From a virus: a DNA stretch of 64,000 nt. The notes below the pieces were generated by a model. That model saw only the letters and a program-made list of their open reading frames with translations. It was not told the origin of the DNA and made no database searches. Both the position numbers and the translations under genes were made by a program. Positions 57,818 to 64,000 of the stretch are shown here, one piece after another (position 1 is the first letter of the stretch; every line of letters starts with the position of its first letter). The DNA is taken from positions 6,102 to 70,101 of IMG/VR virus record IMGVR_UViG_3300018079_000011. One strand, given 5' to 3'.

Positions 57818-59341
57818 ATGGCTTCGGAATATTTTTTCAGCAACAACCCCGTTGACTGGACGAACCTTGAAGGTCTCTACGTCAGCGAGAGAAAGCCCCC
57901 CGGCTCGATCCGCGGCGTCGACCTCTCCACCGTCGGTTTCGCCGGCCGCTGCGTTCGCGGCCCGCTGACTCCGCAGGAGATCACGTCAACCGCGCGCTTC
58001 ATCGAACTCTACGGCGAGCGCGACGTGGGCACCGATGGCGCGGCGCTGGTCGGCGAGGTTTGGGCGGCGCTGCTCAACAAGCCGTTCGGCAAGATCGTCG
58101 TTCGTCGAGTAGCCGCCGCCGCCGCGGTGAAGGCGACTCTCACCCTGTCCAACGCCGTGCCCACCGCGATTATCCGTGTCGACGCCGCCAACCCGGGCGT
58201 GTGGGGCAACGGCGCGACGGGCGGGATCACCGCCGCCGTGGAGGCAGCAACCGACGCCAACGCCAATCACTTCAACCTGCGTATCAAGTATCTCGGCAGG
58301 GACTATCTCTACGAGGACCTGAACACGTTCACGTCGGCCGACAACAACCTCGAAGCCAAACTCGGCGACGACGCGGCCAACCTGATCACGCTGACCAAGC
58401 TGGCCGACGGGCGGCCGATCAACATCTCCGACACCAATCTGGCCACCGGCGCCGATGGCACTCTCGCGGCGGGCGACTACACGGCCGGGATCACGGACAT
58501 CGCCAATTACCCCGGCGTGGCCGTGTGCTTGGTTCCCGAGGCTGGCGTCACGCAGTCCACGCTCAACGCCACGATCGTCACGCTGGCGTCGACGGTCAAG
58601 GATCGCGTGTTCCTGACCTGGTCCGGCGTGGTCAGCGAGAGCGTGTCCGCGAACAAGACGGCCTTCACCGCGCAGATCACGACCCGGAGCGACAGGATCG
58701 TGTGGTGCTACAACACCACGCAGACGCTCGACGCGAAGACGAAGCTCAAGATCAACCAGGCGCCGCACGTGTGGCTCGCCTCGATCATGAGCCAGACGCA
58801 CCCGAGCGTTCACAAGGGGTCGCAGCAGACCATGCAGTATCTGGCCGGGGTCGTCTCGGTCACGAATCCGCTGCTCACGCGGCAGGACCTCATCGATCTG
58901 CGCAAGCACGGGATCACGACGATCGAGCAACTGGCAAACGAGGGCTTCAAGTTCCGCTCGGTCGTGACCACCAGCCTGACGTCGGGGCTCACGGAGTTGT
59001 CGCGGCGGCTGATGACGGACTTCATCCAGCTGTCGGCGGCCGAGCGGCTGAAGTCGTTCCCCAAGGACAAAAACACCCGTGTCTCGCGCGCGATGGAGAT
59101 CTCGGAGTTGAAGGCGTTCTTGAAGTCGCTGCAGGAAGAAGGGGACGGCAAGACGGTCGACGACGACGATCCCGATCTCGGGCCTGGGTTCATCATCGAC
59201 AAGGAGTCCGTCAACACCGGGGCGTCACGCGGGACGGGACTCGAACGGACTTTGATCCGGGTCCGACTCGTCAATCACAAGTTGTTTCTGGTTCTTGAAT
59301 CAGAAATAGGTTCTGGCCTCCTGCTCGAACTGAGCGCCTAG
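57818..59341 (+). CDS. Contractile tail sheath protein
   Basis: GLYVSE, GFAG...RGP, PGVWGN, RRLMTDFI; 507 aa. Confidence 0.88.
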   Translation: MASEYFFSNNPVDWTNLEGLYVSERKPPGSIRGVDLSTVGFAGRCVRGPLTPQEITSTARFIELYGERDVGTDGAALVGEVWAALLNKPFGKIVVRRVAAAAAVKATLTLSNAVPTAIIRVDAANPGVWGNGATGGITAAVEAATDANANHFNLRIKYLGRDYLYEDLNTFTSADNNLEAKLGDDAANLITLTKLADGRPINISDTNLATGADGTLAAGDYTAGITDIANYPGVAVCLVPEAGVTQSTLNATIVTLASTVKDRVFLTWSGVVSESVSANKTAFTAQITTRSDRIVWCYNTTQTLDAKTKLKINQAPHVWLASIMSQTHPSVHKGSQQTMQYLAGVVSVTNPLLTRQDLIDLRKHGITTIEQLANEGFKFRSVVTTSLTSGLTELSRRLMTDFIQLSAAERLKSFPKDKNTRVSRAMEISELKAFLKSLQEEGDGKTVDDDDPDLGPGFIIDKESVNTGASRGTGLERTLIRVRLVNHKLFLVLESEIGSGLLLELSA

Positions 59342-59858
59342 CATGTTCCTTTTCGTGCTTTTCCAAGTACTTCAGTGCGGATCGCACTCGATCCGCCCGG
59401 TCTCCCAGGAGTCCGATGCCACGGTTGCATTTGTGGCAGAGGATTCCCCGAACAATCCCGGTCCGGTGGCAATGGTCAGTGTTCCATCCGATCCCGCCGG
59501 GATGGTCGCTTTTGCATATCGCGCAGCGCCTGCCTTGGCGTTCGAGAATCGCGTCCCACTCCTTGGGCGTGATTCCGTAGGTCTTTTTGAGGTGGCACTT
59601 TCGTTCGCGCACGGGCCCGGTCGCGCGACTGCGCGCAAGGACCATGGCCCGCCATGCCGGGCCAGTCCTGTACAGCATCGACTTTCTGTCCCTGTTGAGT
59701 TGCTTTTCCCTTTCGTACCAGGCCGGGTCAGTGATCCGGCGAGCCCGCTTCTGAGCCACGACCTGTTTGCCTCGGCAGACTCGACAGATCCTGCCTGCGT
59801 ACGGCTTAACCAGAACCGGCTGAGCACACTTCGGACAAATGGGACTCTCCGTTTCCAC
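59271..59858 (-). CDS. Endonuclease VII-like homing endonuclease (antisense)
   Basis: HLKKTYGIT...QGRRCAIC...DHCH.TG.VRGILCHKCNRGIG. Confidence 0.85.
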   Translation of the reverse strand: METESPICPKCAQPVLVKPYAGRICRVCRGKQVVAQKRARRITDPAWYEREKQLNRDRKSMLYRTGPAWRAMVLARSRATGPVRERKCHLKKTYGITPKEWDAILERQGRRCAICKSDHPGGIGWNTDHCHRTGIVRGILCHKCNRGIGLLGDRADRVRSALKYLEKHEKEHARRSVRAGGQNLFLIQEPETTCD

Positions 59859-59915
59859 GATCTCAGTCTCTACAAATCGCGTGCATTGATCAATACGCGC
59901 GGAGGGAAATAACCA

Positions 59916-60359
59916 ATGTCGGCACGTCAGCGAGGGCAAGAGGTTTTCGTTCGATTCACCGTCGACGGCGTCATCATGGGCGGCTCCTGGTCCAAGCTCA
60001 CGGACTGGTCGCTCAAGCCGCGCACGGATCTGGTGGAGGACGATTTCCTCGGGGAGATCGAGTCGGACATCGACATCCAACACCACGGCTACGACGTCTC
60101 GTTCTCGGCGCAGAACAAGGACGAGAAGTTGCTGGAGTTCCTCATGGACATCACCGATCGCGAGGCCGCTCGACTGCGGCACCCGCGGATCATCATGACC
60201 GTGATGCATTTCTACCGAGAGGCCGGCGCCAAGGACAAGACGCAGTCGTTCTCAGATCTGGTTCTCAAGGTCGACGAGCACGCGTTCGGCGGGCGCAAGG
60301 ACCGCACCAAGACGACGTTCAGCGGGAAATGCAAGACGATGAGCCTCGCGGCGGCCTAG
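59916..60359 (+). CDS. Tail tube protein
   Basis: 147 aa after the sheath; EDDFLGE. Confidence 0.75.
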   Translation: MSARQRGQEVFVRFTVDGVIMGGSWSKLTDWSLKPRTDLVEDDFLGEIESDIDIQHHGYDVSFSAQNKDEKLLEFLMDITDREAARLRHPRIIMTVMHFYREAGAKDKTQSFSDLVLKVDEHAFGGRKDRTKTTFSGKCKTMSLAAA

Positions 60360-60397
60360 GCACGGCTGCCGCTGGGTGAAAGGCACAGGAGAGAGAC

Positions 60398-61023
60398 ATG
60401 GCGAAGCAGAATGGGACCGCCCGGGTGGGCGACAAGCGGCAGAGGGAATTCCACCTGCCGTCGGGATGCAGCGTCGGTTCGTTCGTGATGCGGGAACTCG
60501 ACGGCAACGACGACCTCGACATCGCGGTGTGGATCGAAGCCGCTTCGACTTCGGCCATCGAAGAGAACCCGATCGCGCTGATGAAGTTCGAGCGCGTCGA
60601 GGCGCTGCGGTGTTCGCTGGTCTCGGTGGACGGCGAGCCCGTCAACGTCGACGGCAAGCCGTACAAGGGCATGGACAAGTGGAGTCGTCGCACCATGCAG
60701 TTTGTCGGCACGGCCTTCAACGAACTCAACGGCGCCGAGGCCGATGAACTAAAAAAGTTCCGAGCCGGGGAGTTCGGCCCGACGAACCCGGCGAAAAGCG
60801 AGGGCCCCGCAGTCCGTACCGGCGTACCGAGCGCCGCCTGATCCGCGAATGGGAGCGACTCGCGTGGCACCTCGACGGGATGCCCTGGGATCGCTTCCTG
60901 TCTCTCTCTTGGTATCGCCGATGGGCGATGCAGGAGGAGTTGACCGAGCGGATCGAAGAGACCAACCGGGCGTCCGAGGAGGACGGCGGGCCGGCGATGC
61001 GGCCAAAGGAGTTTCGTAGGTGA
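60398..61023 (+). CDS. Tail assembly chaperone G (60398-60841) and -1 frameshift product GT (to 61023)
   Basis: Slippery A AAA AAG at 60751-60757; the -1 frame is open to the TGA overlapping the tape-measure start. Confidence 0.8.
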
Positions 61024-62759
61024 GCGCCACGACAACCTATGATGTCAACCTGCGTTATCTTTTGGAAGACCGCGCATCAGGCGGCGCCAAGGGACTGGAT
61101 CGCAACCTGCGCGACGCCGCGCAGTCGTCGAACATGCTCTCGTCGGGTCTCGCCCGTGCCGGTACCGCGATTGCCGGACTCTTCGGGCTGCGCGAGGCAA
61201 AGAAGGCGATCATCGATTTCAACTCCAACATGGAGCAGTCGAAGATGGCGATCGCCGGGCTGACCGGCATGAACATGGGCGGCGAGTGGACCGACAACCT
61301 GGAGAGGGCCGGTCAACTCGTCAAGGATCTGAAGGCCGACGCCGCCGTGTCTCTCGGGACCACCGAAGACATGGTCAACATGGCGAAGATGCTGGCCCAG
61401 CCGATCGGCGCCGCGCAACTGGGGATGAAGGGGCTGCGCGAGTTCAGCCGGGACACCGTCGTCGCCGCTGCGTCGATGGGAATCGCGACCGACGTGGCCG
61501 CCCGTGATATCGACCAGGCGCTACGCGGTCAGTTCCACTCAGTCGACCAGTTCACGGGAAAACTGCTCGGAACCAAGGACATGGGTTATGCGGGCGAGGA
61601 AGGGCGATCGCGCTTCAACGCGCTGACCATGGCCAAGCGCGCTGCGGAACTCCGCCGGGCATTCGACAGTCCCGCGCTGCAAGCGATGAAGAAGGCCCAG
61701 GGAGACAGCTTCGAGGGCGCGACGTCCACGCTCAAAAGCAACCTGCAAGACGCCATCGGTGACGTTGGCCTACCGCTATTCAAGCAACTCACCGCTGAGG
61801 TCAAGCAGTGGAATGCATGGATCGCGGCGAACGGCGAAGCCATCGCCAACTTCGGCCACGCGCTGTCCAAGAATCTTACCAGCGCGTTTCAGTACCTGAA
61901 GAGCGTTGCGACCTTCTACGTCCAGAACAAAGACACCCTGATCTCCATCGCGAAGATCTGGGCGGCGTTCAAATTGACCAGCATGGGCGCTGGGGCAATC
62001 CAGGGCGCCTTCGGCTCGCTGAGCGCTCTCGGCGGGCAGTTCACGTCGCTCAGCGGCGGGATGACTGGGTTTCTCGGCAAGCTCGGGTCCGCCACGTCGG
62101 CGCTTGCAGCACTCGCGGTCGCGTCTCACGCGGTCGGAACGCTTCTGGGGGAGCGCAGCGTCGCCAAGGAAGATGCACGGGCGAAGACGATGTTTACGCT
62201 TCCTCAGGTGCTCAAGGACTTCCAGGCGCTGTCTGCCTCGAAATTCGCTGCCCATGATCTCGCTCGCTTCTCGCCGGCATTGGCGGAGGAGCAGGCGCGC
62301 ATGCGCAAGGCGATGGCCGAACGCCTGCGGAAAGCCGGACTCGCCGGATCGCGTGGTCTCGAGCAGAGCGAGTTTGCCGATTCGTTGCGGGCCGATCCCG
62401 GGCTAGCGCGAGACTACGCGCAACGCCTCGGGCTCATGCAGACGCACAAAAAGCGCTGGTGGGAGGCCGCTGGCAACGTTCCGCAGGGATCGCTGATCAC
62501 CGACCCGAATCAGATCGCGGAAGCCTTCGCGCGCGCTATCGCTCCCCACCTGCAGGGCGCGGCGAAGGACGCGATGAAGCCGATCCCGGAGTTGCCGGCA
62601 CGGGCCAACAGCGCGGAGAAGCCAAAAGTGAACATCACGATCCAGCGCATCGAGGTGGCGTCGAACGACCCCGATCGCTTCGCGTTCGCCATGTCCGAAT
62701 GGGCGAAGCGCGCCGCCAAGAACCCCGGCCAGGCGCGGAGGACGTTCCGCGAGGGATAG
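61020..62759 (+). CDS. Tape measure protein
   Basis: Helical, Ala-rich; SFEGATSTLKSN; follows the chaperone. Confidence 0.85.
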   Translation: MSATTTYDVNLRYLLEDRASGGAKGLDRNLRDAAQSSNMLSSGLARAGTAIAGLFGLREAKKAIIDFNSNMEQSKMAIAGLTGMNMGGEWTDNLERAGQLVKDLKADAAVSLGTTEDMVNMAKMLAQPIGAAQLGMKGLREFSRDTVVAAASMGIATDVAARDIDQALRGQFHSVDQFTGKLLGTKDMGYAGEEGRSRFNALTMAKRAAELRRAFDSPALQAMKKAQGDSFEGATSTLKSNLQDAIGDVGLPLFKQLTAEVKQWNAWIAANGEAIANFGHALSKNLTSAFQYLKSVATFYVQNKDTLISIAKIWAAFKLTSMGAGAIQGAFGSLSALGGQFTSLSGGMTGFLGKLGSATSALAALAVASHAVGTLLGERSVAKEDARAKTMFTLPQVLKDFQALSASKFAAHDLARFSPALAEEQARMRKAMAERLRKAGLAGSRGLEQSEFADSLRADPGLARDYAQRLGLMQTHKKRWWEAAGNVPQGSLITDPNQIAEAFARAIAPHLQGAAKDAMKPIPELPARANSAEKPKVNITIQRIEVASNDPDRFAFAMSEWAKRAAKNPGQARRTFREG

Positions 62760-62762
62760 CCG

Positions 62763-63842
62763 ATGGGCAAAGAGGCGAGCGTCTTCACGATCCAGGAGTA
62801 CACGACCGCGGGAGGGGCATTCGGCGAGAACCCCGACGGCGAGCGCTTCCAGTGGGTGGCCGCCGGGACTTCAACGAATGGCGGCGCACGCGCGATCCCA
62901 AAGCGCCCATGGAGCCTCCCGGGCAAGCAACGGATCGTCCGCACCGACTACCCCGGGGCAAAGCGGGCATCCGCGCAGGTACTCGGCCCCAAACACGAGC
63001 CGTCGACGCTCGAAGGGCGCTGGGACGACCGCTACAACTTCGCCGGATACGCCGTCTTCGAGAAGGACCGATTCTTGAAAATGTGCGAGCGCGGTAACCC
63101 CGTGCGGGTATCGTTTCAGCAAGAAGTCTACGACTGCATCATTTCTGACTGGTCCTTCGAGTACCACCGAGACGACTACATCAAGTACTCGTTCACGATC
63201 GACAACTACGGCCGCCCTGACAGCGTTCCGCGCCGCGACCCTGAGATCGTGTTGTCGGCGCCAAAGGCATTCGACGATGCGAATGTCATCGCGCAATCGA
63301 TGGTCAGCCTGCAGGGGCAGACGCCGTCGTCGGCGATGAAGGGCACGCTGAAACGGGACTTGGACACCGCGCTCAGCGACATGTCGCTGAACATGAACAA
63401 ACTGGCCGACGTACTCGACACGCGATCAGGTGTGCTCAAGCCGATCGGTGAATTCAAGCGAACCGCCACGATGTTCCGCCTCGTCCAGGGCGACGCCACG
63501 GCCATTGTCGCCAAGTTGGCCGCTGCGCGATCTGACCTCGACCTTGGAATCAAAACGGCAATGAACGTGCTCGACTTCGAGGCGTGGTCGAGGGGGATGC
63601 GGTATCAGGCGCGACTGCTCCTCGGGACGGCTGGGATCGGAGCTCGCGGAATGGAAGAGCGCGGCGCGCCCCCGGCAATCGGGTTCTATCGTCCTCGCAA
63701 GGGAGAGTCGCTCTACGCGATCAGCCGCCGATTCTACGGCACTCCGCACTCATGGCGGCTCATCGCAGATCGCAACGGGCTTTCCACGCTTCGCCTTGAC
63801 GGCACGGAACGCCTGATCATCCCCGAGCGGGGCGTCGGGTGA
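62763..63842 (+). CDS. Tube initiator (P2 gpU-like) with C-terminal LysM
   Basis: YPG...QVLG; GESLYAISRRFYG...W..IADRNGL. Confidence 0.75.
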   Translation: MGKEASVFTIQEYTTAGGAFGENPDGERFQWVAAGTSTNGGARAIPKRPWSLPGKQRIVRTDYPGAKRASAQVLGPKHEPSTLEGRWDDRYNFAGYAVFEKDRFLKMCERGNPVRVSFQQEVYDCIISDWSFEYHRDDYIKYSFTIDNYGRPDSVPRRDPEIVLSAPKAFDDANVIAQSMVSLQGQTPSSAMKGTLKRDLDTALSDMSLNMNKLADVLDTRSGVLKPIGEFKRTATMFRLVQGDATAIVAKLAAARSDLDLGIKTAMNVLDFEAWSRGMRYQARLLLGTAGIGARGMEERGAPPAIGFYRPRKGESLYAISRRFYGTPHSWRLIADRNGLSTLRLDGTERLIIPERGVG

Positions 63843-64000
63843 CCACGTCGGCGTACTACCCGGTCGCGCGCGCCGTTCTGACTGTGGTGTTCGATGGCTT
63901 CGGCGAAGCCGCCAAGGACTCGCAGCAGTTTGTCATTCCGGTGGTACCGAAGGCGGTCACGGTCCACCGCAACAGTTACCGGCTCGCCGACTCGTGGGAA
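63839..64000 (+). CDS. Baseplate hub-like protein (3' truncated)
   Basis: Coupled GTG start; position; HRNSYRLADSW. Confidence 0.5.
   Translation, partial: MTTSAYYPVARAVLTVVFDGFGEAAKDSQQFVIPVVPKAVTVHRNSYRLADSWE

Noticed and set aside
1-64000. CRISPR array, diversity-generating retroelement or retron
   Set aside because: No spaced repeats, reverse transcriptase or TR/VR pair seen by eye.

Overview
GC-rich temperate myovirus (or excised prophage) genome segment, read by eye without database searches; no clear host-chromosome genes. Gene order fits one circularly permuted genome: tail-fibre end and lysis (1-3.9 kb); an RHH switch and early recombination/DNA-modification genes, including a TGT/DpdA-like gene plus queD (4.4-15.9 kb); a minus-strand block (15.9-19 kb); tyrosine integrase and an intact tRNA-Thr(CGT) (19.4-21 kb); sigma factor, Mom-like gene, helicase-methyltransferase fusion, initiator and DnaB (21-40 kb); terminase, an accessory virion cluster with a GH140-like enzyme, portal, head, sheath, tube, frameshifted chaperone, tape measure and baseplate start (40.6-64 kb). 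A Cys-rich sigma-region-4 protein suggests a Myxococcota host (inference). The most novel signal is a candidate late-promoter motif, YGYGAWWST-N23-(-10 hexamer), at 7 good sites and 1 weak site on both strands. Most sites precede recognisable late genes. One precedes an uncharacterised minus-strand lipoprotein/zincin operon, and the FN3-sigma4 fusion just upstream of the terminase region is a candidate activator.
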